The notes under the pieces are model-generated. The model did no database searches and had not been told where the DNA came from. It was given only the letters and a program-made list of their open reading frames with translations. Positions 26,789 to 38,553 of a stretch of 45,569 nucleotides of DNA are shown in pieces (the first letter of the stretch is position 1; the number at the start of each line of letters is the position of its first letter). A program made the translations under genes and the position numbers. The stretch covers positions 1 through 45,569 of the forward strand of contig JALJEE010000098.1 of NCBI GenBank assembly GCA_023231475.1. Reading direction: 5' to 3'. The stretch is from Seison nebaliae. Its lineage: Eukaryota.

Positions 26789-28044
26789 TTACGAATTATT
26801 AATAAATTCCAAATAGCGTTTGAGTAATATCTGTGAAATGGTCGTCAATTGTTTCATATCCAAAGGAAGTAGTTTTGACAAATAGTTTGATACCTGTTAA
26901 AGAAAACATTAAAATTTCGATTAACATAATAAAAAAAACTTCGTTGTATATCTGGGGAATTTCTAGAAAGAATACCAGAAGACAAATTGAAATTGATATT
27001 GAAATTTTTTGTCTACTGCGAATAGCAACGTCGACGAGAAGATGATTAGGAGGTATATCAGTTGTAATTATATAAGAATTTGATATTGTCTCACTTTTCA
27101 TTCGATAAGTTTCTAACGTCATTTCATTAGAATCTTCCTTCTTCTCGTAACGTCCGTACATATACCAATATTGAGTAATAGAATGCAATCGACCGATGAG
27201 AGTTTGGAGAAGTTGATTTTTGTTCAATTCCATCTCCTCCATCTCCGAACATGTTTGAACTAGTAAAATTTTATGAGTTTTCACATTGTACAAATCAAAT
27301 TTCTTCACTAGAAATTAAATAATAATGAAAATAATAAGAAATTTCTCGGAGATAAAATTCCAAGAAAGAAACTTAAGAGAATCATCAAATCTTTCGCCAC
27401 TGAATAAATCGAATAAATGAGAATATTATATTGGAACGATTGGATAATATATTGTTCGAATTTCTTCACTTCTTCACACAAATTGTCAATAGCAACTCCA
27501 TTCATAATCATCTTCCGATTAACATAATCAACAGTGGAACTCTGGAAGAGAATTGAATATCTTTCTAATTAAAATTAGAGATAAATTAAAACTCTTTGTG
27601 TTGTCGACAATTTGTCTGTTAAAGTCAATGAGGAAAGAATGAAAAATAATAAATCTTTCATGAATGCTTCCAACATTCGATTAACAACCGTTTCGATAAC
27701 GTACGTCAAATTCTCAGAGAAGTTTGGAGGAACATTCAATTTTTTCAATAAAACTATTAACTGTCTTTCTAAATATCTTTTAAAAATGGTCAACTGAAAA
27801 ACTAAAAAAGAAGATGGAAACTCTTCTAATAGTTCGATTGCGGCATATTTACCAGCTGAAAGAAAGTTGAACGTTTCCGATATCTCGAACACTTTTTTCG
27901 TTAAATTTTTTGAAGAGAAAGTGAAATTTAATTTCTAAATTTTTTTTTTGAAATTATCAAAAGTGAAATTTAAAGGGAAACTTCCTTTTCTTTCTCTTTT
28001 TCTTCTACGGCATGAATCTTCCACTCTAACTGTCTCTTCGCCAT
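26789..28044 (-). CDS. Uncharacterised multi-exon protein (5-6 exons), no recognisable domain
   Basis: ATG 28044 (MAKRQLEWKIH). Short GTT...AG introns link ORFs 27575-27892, 27308-27511 and 26799-27308 in frame and end at ...KRYLEFINNS*. One internal intron (GTAGAC donor) is ambiguous. Confidence 0.65.
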
Positions 28045-28360
28045 TTTTAGATTAATCATTCTTTCTCATAAATTTATCTTTTCATTTATTTTCTCAATAA
28101 GAAATGATCTATAAAAATTCTTTTGAATTTTCTATAAATCGTATGAAAAACCATACGAATTTTCTGGTTATTATCAAAACATTTTTTGGGACATATTTCA
28201 TTGTTTTTTCTTGTTTATGTTTTGAAAGAAAAAAAAATGGTTTTTCTAACTGAAAAGAAAATTTAGAAAAAAATAATTTTTATGAAAACTACAAAATAAG
28301 AAGAATAAAATAAATTGAATAATTTTTGGTTAAATTAGAAATATTGTCACATCATTTTAT

Positions 28361-30102
28361 TTATTTTTTAAAATTATGTCCTCTGTTCAAGTATCTGGGG
28401 ACATATGATGGACCTAAAGAACTAACGGAATTTATCGTTCCAGAATGACACAATTCATTGATATAAACCCGAATATGTTCCTCCCACAAACAGAATTCTT
28501 TCCATCCTTCCATTTGTGTTAACACATACAAAAGTTTCATACTGTCTGACATTTCGTTTAGTCGATCTACGTCGTTTGGTGAATAATACGTAGAGAATTT
28601 CTTCATTTTTTCAAAGAATTTCGATTCGTATATACTGAATAGTTGATAGATGATCGTTAATTCGGACTTAGCTTTACCCAAACGGAATATTGGCCATAAC
28701 TCACTTACTTCGGTGACGTCTTTCAAATGAGTTTCTAAAAAGTTTCCAACTTTCACCCATTTGTCCGAGGCGATGGCTTGAACTAGATTGTTGATACCTA
28801 CGAAAGTCGTCGTTTCACTACGAGTTTGTTCGAATTCTGATTTTAATTCTTCTATGTCCTCATCTGTCATTTGTGGAGGTGCTTCTTCTTTTTGTAATTT
28901 ATTGAAAAGATCTCTCACTTTAAGGACACTTCTTAATCGTGCAAACGGTTTAAATTCATTCGATATTCTCTTATCTGTTGACAATGGCAAATTGGAGATA
29001 TTTGAAGCGATCGCATTAGAATGTTGAGATGAAAGTGGTACACCTTCAATAATAGTCGCCAATGATTCAGCATCTTCCTCTGAATCATCATTTCCTGACG
29101 CTTGACTAGTTTTTGTAATTTGGCCGTTAGTTTCATGAGCGGAAGTTGTCGACTCAAAAATGACATTTGATAATGGCTTATCAAAATATTTTTTGATATT
29201 GGTCTGTTTATTTTTCATTATTTTCGAAGGTAAAGACGATTCACTAGACGATTGTCGCAATCGTTTTCTCATCAACTTTGCCATTTTTTGTTGATTGTTC
29301 GTATTAGAATTCTTTCCTTTATCAGCTAATTCTCCATCATTTGATTTGGGACGTGTCAAAGTTGTGTCTAATGGAGATATGGCGGAGAGAGACATCGGAT
29401 TCGTTTGACTGGAAGATTCGGAAGTGAATTCATTCTTATCAATTTGTGTCCACGAATTTTTTGTGATAACATCAGGAGATGATGATTTGTCTTCCTGATA
29501 AATAGACAAATCTAAAATTTTTGGTTTTATCTAACAAATAAAAATTGTAAATAAAATAAAGAGGAAAATATTCTCATAGATTATTAACCAAATTTATATT
29601 GGGATTCTCTTTCTGATTTGCACTAAATGTCACAACTAATTGTTTCTAAAAGAAAAAAATATTTAATTTTCAAAATTAAAATTTAGAATAACTCTCTCAG
29701 TTTGATGTTCAATTCCAGGAATATTAAATGGAAGTCCCGTAATACTTTTCGAAACTCGTTTCAGTCTATCTTCCTCTTTGAAATACATGTTGGCTATGTC
29801 TTGGAATGACATTCCATCTTTTATTTGTATTTCATTCCTCAAAATTCCTTCTAACGATCCTGTTTTTCGGGCATTTTCATCTCCATTCAATTCGAGTACT
29901 ACAACAAAATATTAATATTTGAATTAAACTAATTCGAACACTTATCTACATTCCGAGTAAGTGTCAATGGAACGCGCACGTGTTTAATGTTTTGACTACC
30001 ATCTTTATTAATGAGTATCAGAATTCCTTTCTTCTCACTCATCGGCGTATTATTCACCACTGGAATTTTAGTAAATGTTCTCCTTTTATGATTTGCATTC
30101 AT
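28361..30102 (-). CDS. Uncharacterised, probably nuclear protein with a PIP-box motif, 4 exons
   Basis: ATG 30102 (MNANHKRRTF). Three GTT introns join ORF 29663-29890 and the 382-aa ORF in frame. It contains RKRLR (NLS-like), QTNIKKYF and a helical-looking C-terminal region. Confidence 0.72.
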
Positions 30103-30595
30103 TTTTCTCTATTCTATAATTTATTCTAAATCTATTCCTTAAACATTTCTCAGAAAACCGATAAGTTTAGTAACTTCCTTTTTAAATTATCTTTTTAATA
30201 TGAATCGAAAACGAAATAGAAATTGGATTGTTAGGAATTAATTAGAGTATGATTGATAATATATTGAATTGTTTAGATTCTTTCCAATTAATTCCAATTG
30301 AAATTAAACAACTTTACAACTATCATTTCTTCTATTTCATTTTATTTCTTTCTTAAAGAAAATTCCAATAATTAAATTCCAATATTTTATCATTCTATTA
30401 ATTTATGACAGTTCTCAATCTAATTTTCCAATTTTCCATTCTTATGATTTGATATATATCTAAAAATAAAATTTCTTTCAAACTTTTTAAAACTATAATT
30501 ATTTATCGATAAATTTTAAATAAATTTTTATTATTTTTATTCGATGTGATTGTTTGAGATGTTGCAAAGGGGAAGCTTCCAAAAAACCGTAAGAA

Positions 30596-31036
30596 ATGGA
30601 TGACATTGACGTGATCGACGCATTCGATTCGATTCATATGTTGGAATCGAATGTATTCCATGTCGAATTAGAAAAGGAAGAAAAAGAACTAAAGAATGAC
30701 AGATTGACAACAGATTATGTAAACGGATATTTGTTAGGTGTCCGAATAGCTGGACAATTAGCTAATGATCTCACTATCATTCGACGACGAACTGAAGAGA
30801 ATGATGGTGAGGTGAATGATCGACAAAAGAATTTGGTTACCGAACTAATTCATCTAACAAACAAAGCAGAAGAATGTGTTTTGGAATATGGAATCAATTC
30901 GGATGAGTTGGTCAAATTATTGAAAGAGTTATGGTGGAAATTCAAACGATTCGATGTGAATTCCAGAGAAAGTAAATATAAATTTTACACCTTTCAATTC
31001 ATTCCTTATTGTTGTAAGTCGAATGAAATGATTTAA
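30596..31036 (+). CDS. LTO1: LTO1/ORAOV1-like protein (Yae1_N family), divergent
   Basis: DAFDSIHMLES, GYLLGVRIAGQL and LLKELWWKFKRF match remembered LTO1 segments (DIFDAIVMADE, GTLHGAKIGSEI, DLDKIRGKFKQF) in order and spacing, and the size is similar. Confidence 0.6.
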   Translation: MDDIDVIDAFDSIHMLESNVFHVELEKEEKELKNDRLTTDYVNGYLLGVRIAGQLANDLTIIRRRTEENDGEVNDRQKNLVTELIHLTNKAEECVLEYGINSDELVKLLKELWWKFKRFDVNSRESKYKFYTFQFIPYCCKSNEMI

Positions 31037-31564
31037 TTATTTTATTGTATTGTAAATGTAAATTATATTTTCGGAAATTTTTTATTCATTTCTATTAAAT
31101 TTAATTTAATCATAAATAAAATTTACAATTTCATCCTTTCCATTTACAAGAGAGTCGACGAAAATTTTATGGACTTTTTGTTGTTGTTATTGAATCATGA
31201 GATATCGACGTGACATTATAGCTTATTTTTTGACTAGTACAAATTGTTTCGTTGTAAAACAATTGAAGAAATTTTCACTTTTTATCATTTATGTAATATC
31301 ATCAGTTCACTGAGCATATTATCGTGTCCAATAACAAATGAAGGAAATTATTTCATATTACATAACATTTTATGAACTTTGATTATTTTTATCGTAGTCC
31401 AACGAATTAAAAGTTCGAATTTATCATTAAAAAATCGAATTAAAATTTTCATAGCAATTTCCTAATTTCCCTATCGAAATATTCGTCTAGTTCTCTGAAC
31501 GAAACTAGCAATTGATAGATATATTAATAGAGATTAATAGAATAAGATAATATTTTTAATAAAT

Positions 31565-33505
31565 ATGGATGGTTATGAAATAACAATGCCGTATGTGACA
31601 CCGAAATGTCAATATGGAACTGATTTGAAAGCGAAATGTCCACATTCCCTTCAGTCGTTGAACATGAGAAGGAAACCTGAAATTTATGAGACTATATTGG
31701 ACGCTGTAGGCTCAACTCCACTCATACAATTGGAGAAGTTTAGAAGAAGTCACAAAGTGAAAGCAAAAATTTGTTAATTTATTAAATTAAATTTTCAAAT
31801 AATAATCGCTGAAATGTTTCAGTGGGTAAATGTGAATTTTTCAATGCGGGCGGATCGGTGAAAGATCGTATTGCTGTACGTATGGTTGAGGAAGCAGAGA
31901 AAGCGGGAGAACTTAAAGAAAATGACGTCATCATCGAACCTACATCTGGTAACACAGGAATTGGTCTTGCTATGACTTGTGCTGTCAAAAATTATAAATG
32001 TGTGATTGTCATGCCGGAGAAGATGAGTAAAGAGAAACGCGATGTGTTAACTGCACTTGGTGCAGAGATTCATCGAACCAGAACTTCAGCTGGTGTGGAT
32101 GATAAAGATTCGCATGTTCATATCAGTGCACAGATTAAACATGAGATTAATGAGAAATGGGAGAAAGATCATAGTCTTCCCAAAGCACACATCCTCGACC
32201 AATATCGGAACGCATACAATCCGATAGCTCATTATGACGGGACAGCGGAAGAAGTTCAATTAAAATTTTTGAAATTCGATTAAAGAATTTTTGAAATTTA
32301 AATCAGATTATTCAACAAATGGGAAATAAATCGATCGATATGGTTGTTAGTGGAACAGGAACGGGCGGTACGATCACAGGATTATACAGGAAAATAAAAG
32401 AAAAATATCCGAAATGTTTATTTGTCGGAGTTGATCCGATCGGATCCGATTTAGCTCAACCATCATCACTTAACGTGAATGATGGTAAGGGCTATGCTGT
32501 TGAAGGTATTGGGTTAAATTTCAATATGAAAAATTCATGAAAATGAACGATCGAAATAGATATGATTTTATTCCGACAGTTTTCGATCGATCTGGTATCG
32601 ATTATTGGGTGAAATCGAATGATAAAGAATCGTTCGTTGCTGCTCGAGAACTGATAAAAGATGAAGGACTTCTTTGCGGTTTCAATTTATTTCAATCTCT
32701 TATTTATAGAAATACTTTTAGGTGGTAGTAGTGGTTCTATTGCCAATTGTGCAATAAAAGCCATCGACCATTTCAAATTAGATGAAAATTCTAATGTCAT
32801 ACTCATTCTTCCCGATTCCATTAGAAATTATTTGTTAGATGAATTTTTTATAATTTCTCCTTTATACTAATTATAATTAGATCGAAATTTATTTCTCATG
32901 ATTGGTTATTGGAGAAAGGATATGAAAATTTCACTGATTCTCAATTGTCAACGTTACTCTTTATTATTTCTATTCATTTGACTGACATTAACTAAATTTA
33001 AATTTTCAAGTTGGAAAGGAATTAAATTGGAGAATGTTAAAAGCTTAATTGAAACTGATTTCGTTCCTCCAAATAAAAGTATACAAGAATATTTAAACGA
33101 CAATAAATTCGATTCAACATTATTAAAGGTGGAAACTGATGAACATTTCTTGGGGTTAGTAATTTAAATAAAGAATAATTCTATTTAGTTGATCGGTTTT
33201 AGCGTGGCAACTGAAAAACAAATCATGGAAAATTTCAAAAACGGAAAGATGAATATGGAAGATCCGATTGAGAAATGTCTGGAGAAAGAATTTGACAGAA
33301 TCGATCTTCAAATGAATCTGGGACAATTAGCAATTATTCTTTCCGGAAATTCGTATGCGGCTGTCATGGATGACGACGGTTAGTTAATACATTGTCAATA
33401 TCTCTTGTTAATAATAATTGAGAAGTTAAAAAATCTTCAGGGAAAATAATCGGAATCATAAGACGGAAGAAATTCCTCTCTTATTTAATAGAGAACAACA
33501 AATAA
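31565..33505 (+). CDS. CBS: Cystathionine beta-synthase, 9 exons
   Basis: N-terminal heme-ligand-like C...[16 protein letters not shown] (PLP lysine), [44 protein letters not shown] and a C-terminal CBS-domain region. Eight short introns, all GTT...AG. Confidence 0.95.
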
Positions 33506-33744
33506 AGTTCTTAACGAATGTAAAGAAATATTTTTATTCTAATTAAATTTATTTGGAAAATAAAATATAGTTTGATTATTCTCAACAAATACAATTGTTC
33601 TTTTGTGCCAAATCCGTTCTTTTTATCTATTTATGAGAATTGAAGAAATCTACATTTCAACAATCGAAAACATATTTAATTGAAGAACTTAATATTTATC
33701 GAAGATTTTATTCTTTTCTTAATCGTTTCATTTCAATCATTTAT

Positions 33745-35117
33745 TTATTCACCGAAAGATGAAGCGGCTGAAAAAATGAAAGAGATTATGAAAGAAAATT
33801 TTTTGTTTTTTTTATCGACATTAAAGACTAACTGGTAGAAATTGAACTTTCACTGTCTGAGAATTCATACTCGAAATCTTCACGATGACGTTGCATAGCA
33901 ATCGTCTTCCACGATATTTTCCTGAAAGAATAAATTATCGTGGATAATAGAAATTAATAAACAAACCGGATAAACATTGGACCGAATAATCTCCAAATTA
34001 TATTCCTCCAAATACTGCGATTGTGTGGATTGGGAGGTAAATTAAACTCAGGATTCCTCGGCATTGAAATTCGATAATTTCCTTTGATATCTTCATTAGT
34101 CGTAATGTTAAATGTGGTTAAATAGGAATGATAGCCAAGAAGACCTTGTAGAAACCATAAAATGATAGCTAGGAAGATATTAAGGATGATTATATGATGG
34201 TGAAGGTGAATCGTTATAAAGGAAGTTAAATGAGAAAAATTGGAGATTTCTTAGAGAATAATAAGAAGATAATTTGATGAAGGAAAAGATACGATATTAT
34301 TTTCTGTTTCGCCGTATGTGCCAAATCCATAGTCTGTGTAAAAACTGAAAGGAAATGATTATTGTCATAATTCATAATTATCATAACGTAAGATTGTATT
34401 GGTGAGACTTATGGTAATAACGTTGATGATAAAGAAACAGATACTCACTAAATACAAATAGAAGAATCGATAATTCCTCTTCCCAATACAATTCCCCAAC
34501 CACGGACAATGATGATCAAAATTTTCTTTAAATTAATTTTTCAAATTATTATAATTACGGAGAATTATATCAAAAAACCTACACAATTATCACATTTAGA
34601 GCAATGTGAAGAGCGTGGCATGCGAAACATGTTACAAGTGGGACAAAATCTCACTGTAATTTCGATACTTCGAATGAAAACAGTAAGTCTCGTATCGATC
34701 GCTGCTTTCTTCATCTTCTTTCTAATGAATGCTTGTTCGTCTTTGTCGGCTCTTGGGAGAATGCCAGGATCAGTAATGGCACTCATCGTCATAAATAAGA
34801 AAATGAAATAAAGAGCGATGATGGTGGGTAGGAGAGTTCTCAATCCGTAAATTTCATAAATTTGTTGTGCACTTTAATTGCAGTTTGTAGTTAATTGATT
34901 TTCAAATTTTAATATTAATTTAATATATGAATTTTAACTCATTCAAATAAAACGCACTAGTAACAAGAATGACGGTGATATAATTGAGAATTATCAATCG
35001 GATGGTTGGCCCCGTGATACAGTATCCACGACATCGTCTAGCTGATCGTCCGTTATAAGTTGTTCTATTATCAGTTTCTTGATGAACATTTTCCTCTTTG
35101 TCAGATAACAAACTCAT
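33745..35117 (-). CDS. DHHC palmitoyltransferase (ZDHHC9/14/18-like), 7 exons
   Basis: [52 protein letters not shown] and TTNEDIKG after splicing. The 3' end of the intron starting at 34292 is uncertain. Confidence 0.92.
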
Positions 35118-35430
35118 TTTCTTTCAACAAAACTTATCAAATGTAAAAATTTCTTTTTCTAAATTTCTTTCCGTTTTTTTTCGAGTGTTGTGAAGTTACG
35201 TGAAGCTTAATTGAAAGAATCGTTTCTCAATTGAAATAATTGTTCAATGGTTGTCTGGTTGAATTGTAAGCTGCAATTGAGATAAACTATTTGCTGTCAG
35301 AAGAATAATAAACGTCGAGAAAGAACAAGAAATTTCTTTTATTCAACTCGTATATTCCGATCGGAAATTCATCAATTCTTCATTTCTTAACAGATCTTAT
35401 AAAATCTTCTTTCTCAATCTCCTAATCGAA

Positions 35431-36821
35431 ATGGCGAATGTTGATGAAGTCAGAAAATTTTCAGATATCAAACCTGACAATGGACAAAATTTAAAAATGA
35501 TGGTGGAAGAGGAGTCGTCATGTTCTCGTAAGATGATTATCGGAGCAACTGGAGCATTCGTCTTCTATCCCTTCAAATATGCCAAGACATTGATCCAAGT
35601 TCCAATTTCGATAATTTTATGAGAAATTTAATTTCCTGTAAAGATCGGTTTTGAACCGTTACCAGTAATGAAGAGTTACAACTTATTCCACACCAACAAA
35701 TATTGGTATTACCCGAATATTATTCGATACAGTTCGTTCCATTTTCTCAACAACAATTTTAATTTATTAAAAAACTTCAAAAAAATCATAAAAATATCTC
35801 CGAAATTAATTTAGTGTCAATTTACAGTTTGAAGAAATGAGGAAGAAAATTAAAATTTAAGTGAATTAGAAAAGAAATTAGAATTTTTATGAAAAAGAAT
35901 TTTTAAAGAAATTTGGAAAAAATTGAATTAAAATTTTGAACTGTTTTAGTGAGACATATGGTGAGAGTTGATGGTCTTCGTGGAATGTATTGTGGAGTGA
36001 TGATGGATATGTGTTCGACGGCACTCGATTCGTACGTGGCGAGTAAAGCGGAAAAATGGTTAGAGAAATCAAAAAAGAACGACAAGATAAGAATAAATAA
36101 CGATATTGATGGAATGGAAGTGTCACCTATGACAATGAAAGTTTCCATTAATTTTTTTCATAATAATTTATAATGAAATGAATGATTTAGGATGCTTTAG
36201 AAAAGATATCTGAATCGGTCGTTATTCGTATCGCATGTTCGATAGCTACTCATCCGCTCAATGTGATGGTTTGGAGATGTATGGGACAATTCGTTGGAGG
36301 TGAACGGATTTATAGTCCATGGAATGTCTTTTCAAATGTTGAAGCAATTTATCGGAATGATGGATTGACTGGTATGTTTTCTGGAATAATTCCTGTTATA
36401 CTATGGGAAGTCTCCACTGTCACATTGACAAATTTGTTGTTGTTTATTCTTCAAAATCAAATTCCTAAAGGAAATCTCTCTGCCGTCTGTCCATCAATCG
36501 CTGGATTCATTTCACGTTCATTTTTTTTCTTCTCTTTCATATAATGAAATTGTCGTATTAGATGGTATCACTTATCCGTTACAGATGATTAGTCGATGTA
36601 TGGCAATAAACGGATCGGGATTAGCGGCTGGTGCCCCACCAAATATGCCACTTTATATCAATTGGTATAGTTGTCTATTACATTGCTACTCATTGGTTAA
36701 TTTCATTTAAATCATTATTTAGTTATTTTTTAATATTTTCAATTTTTAGGGAGAATTGAAGAGAGGAAATAAATTCTTCTATCGAGAATTCAATCCAGCA
36801 AACGCCGTAGCAAAAGCATAA
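35431..36821 (+). CDS. MTCH2: Mitochondrial carrier homolog (MTCH1/2 family), 6 exons
   Basis: YPFKYAKTLIQIGFEPLP, VDGLRGMYCG, HPLNVMVWRCMGQFVGGE, GSGLAAGAPPNMPLY, LKRGNKFFYR. Five GTT...AG introns. Confidence 0.9.
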
Positions 36822-37159
36822 AGAGAGTGTCTGGTGAACGTAAGAGAATAAGTATAAAAGGATCTGCTTCAATCATCGACATTCGACTTCTAGTAATAGA
36901 TACTAAATGTGATTTAACTTTTCTCCAAAAATCTTTTATTTCTGCTTTTATTTCTCTTATGTTTTATATAAAACGAATATCTTTCTTCGCATTAACAAAG
37001 TTTCTTGTAAGTTTCTTTCCTAAATAAAATAAAATGAATTTTATAGTATTTCTTCTTCATAATTAGACGACGTATTAATCGATAAGGGAAAATTTAATTA
37101 ATTTTTTTTTAAACTAACGATAATGTATTAGTATTTATGTAAATAAAGAATGATTAATT

Positions 37160-37735
37160 TCAATTATTATTATTATTTATTTATTAAAATTCCCGTTGGG
37201 ATAAAGTAGAAAAAAATGTAAAAAAATTTCGATCTTCACCAGTGTTGATCAATCGGTGTAATTCCACGAGTGATTTCCGATCGATTTGCATAGATTTTGT
37301 GGGATCGTAGGAAAAAATGAAATCTTTAAAATCCTGAAGTCCAATGTTATTAGATAACACGTAGTATCGACAGGTATGTGAAAATACTGATGGATTATCT
37401 AAGAAGTTTGTGTTCGAAATATGAGAAGTGTGGAAGTTCGATTCGATAATTATGTCGATTAGCGTAAAATTTCGACGAGAAAAGAAAATGGGTAGGGGAA
37501 GAAGACCGACTGTTGAGAAGAGGAGAGAACGGTTGCATCTGTGAAAGCAACATATCAATCTCCTTATAAGTCGATTGTATGCGCGGTCGATAGACAGGAA
37601 TGAACGTTGCGTAATAGAGAAAATCGTTTGCAGAAAGTATAAAGGCAAAACCAAACTCATGAAAAGCTGCAAACGTAATTTAAGAGGAGTAAATTTCGTT
37701 TTGGGAGAGAAAGAGAAGAATTATCGAACATTTCT
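37160..37735 (-). mobile_element. Probable 5'-truncated non-LTR retrotransposon (LINE) 3' fragment
   Basis: The intronless ORF has SLVLPLYF...DRAYNRLIRRLICC...LFSTVGLLPL, resembling the post-RT C-terminus of LINE ORF2. A simple TAAA/TAA repeat tail follows the stop at 37184. No RT core is present. Confidence 0.5.
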
Positions 37736-37936
37736 AATTTTATGATATTGATATGATATTCTAAAGAAATTTTTAATAATTAAGAAAAATAATTAATATT
37801 GTCTAAATTATTATTGTTAACGAAAATTATTTAATTTATTTGTTTCGTAATTTCATTGGTTATATGCATTCATAACGATTGAAAAATATTATTTTTCATT
37901 AACGAGAAGAAAGTTCGATATAAAGTAAATTTGAGA

Positions 37937-38553
37937 TTAGTAAAGAAAAAAATTGTCGTTTTGTTCCAAATTTATTTGACTACTTTCTGAGAGAGGTTCA
38001 ATGTCTTCTTGAACAAGATCCGATCTGTGATTAAACTCGTTTTCTTCATATTCCTCCGAATTGCAGTTACTTTCCGCAAATATTTCCAAAAGACCGTTAT
38101 CTTCCACATGTTCCTCTAAATTGTGGTCACTTTCCATATATTTTTCCGAAAGACGGTCATTTTCAATATGTTCTTTCACATCACAGTCACTTTCCATATA
38201 TTTCTCCGAAAGACGGTCATTTTCCATATGTTCTTCGGAAACGGAGTCATTTCTTTCGACGGACCTACTTCTCTTCGTTGCCAATTGTCCTCCATATCGA
38301 ATGTTGAACGCTTTATTGATGAAATTATTCGTTGTCATTCTACTAAAAATAATTTTTAAAAATTTCATTTTTAAATGTATAACTTCCGACAATTTTGCGT
38401 ATAATAATTGATCATCATCTTATCGGTTAAAATTTTCATATTCATCATACCAATTATTTGTTTTAATATTCTCGAGTTTTCCATCTGTTCTTCATGACAT
38501 TTTCGTCTTCTTTCCGACAAGATTCTGGCAGTCTCTCTATTTATTCCAGTCAT
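37937..38553 (-). CDS. Uncharacterised acidic repeat protein, 2 exons
   Basis: ATG 38553 (MTGINRETAR). A phase-2 intron GTTATA...TAG(TAG) joins it to ORF 37937-38392, which carries 20-aa repeats. Confidence 0.55.
38048..38245 (-). repeat. 60-nt coding tandem repeat (~3 copies, EHMENDRLSEKYMESD-type)
   Basis: gtcactttccatatattt(t/c)tccgaaagacggtcatttt recurs at a 60-nt period (38126 and 38186), with a degenerate third copy. Confidence 0.85.

Noticed and set aside
34169..34186. TCCTTAAT plus CTAG as the U12 branch point and acceptor
   Set aside because: It is out of frame with the phase-2 donor and would delete most of the conserved last TM helix.
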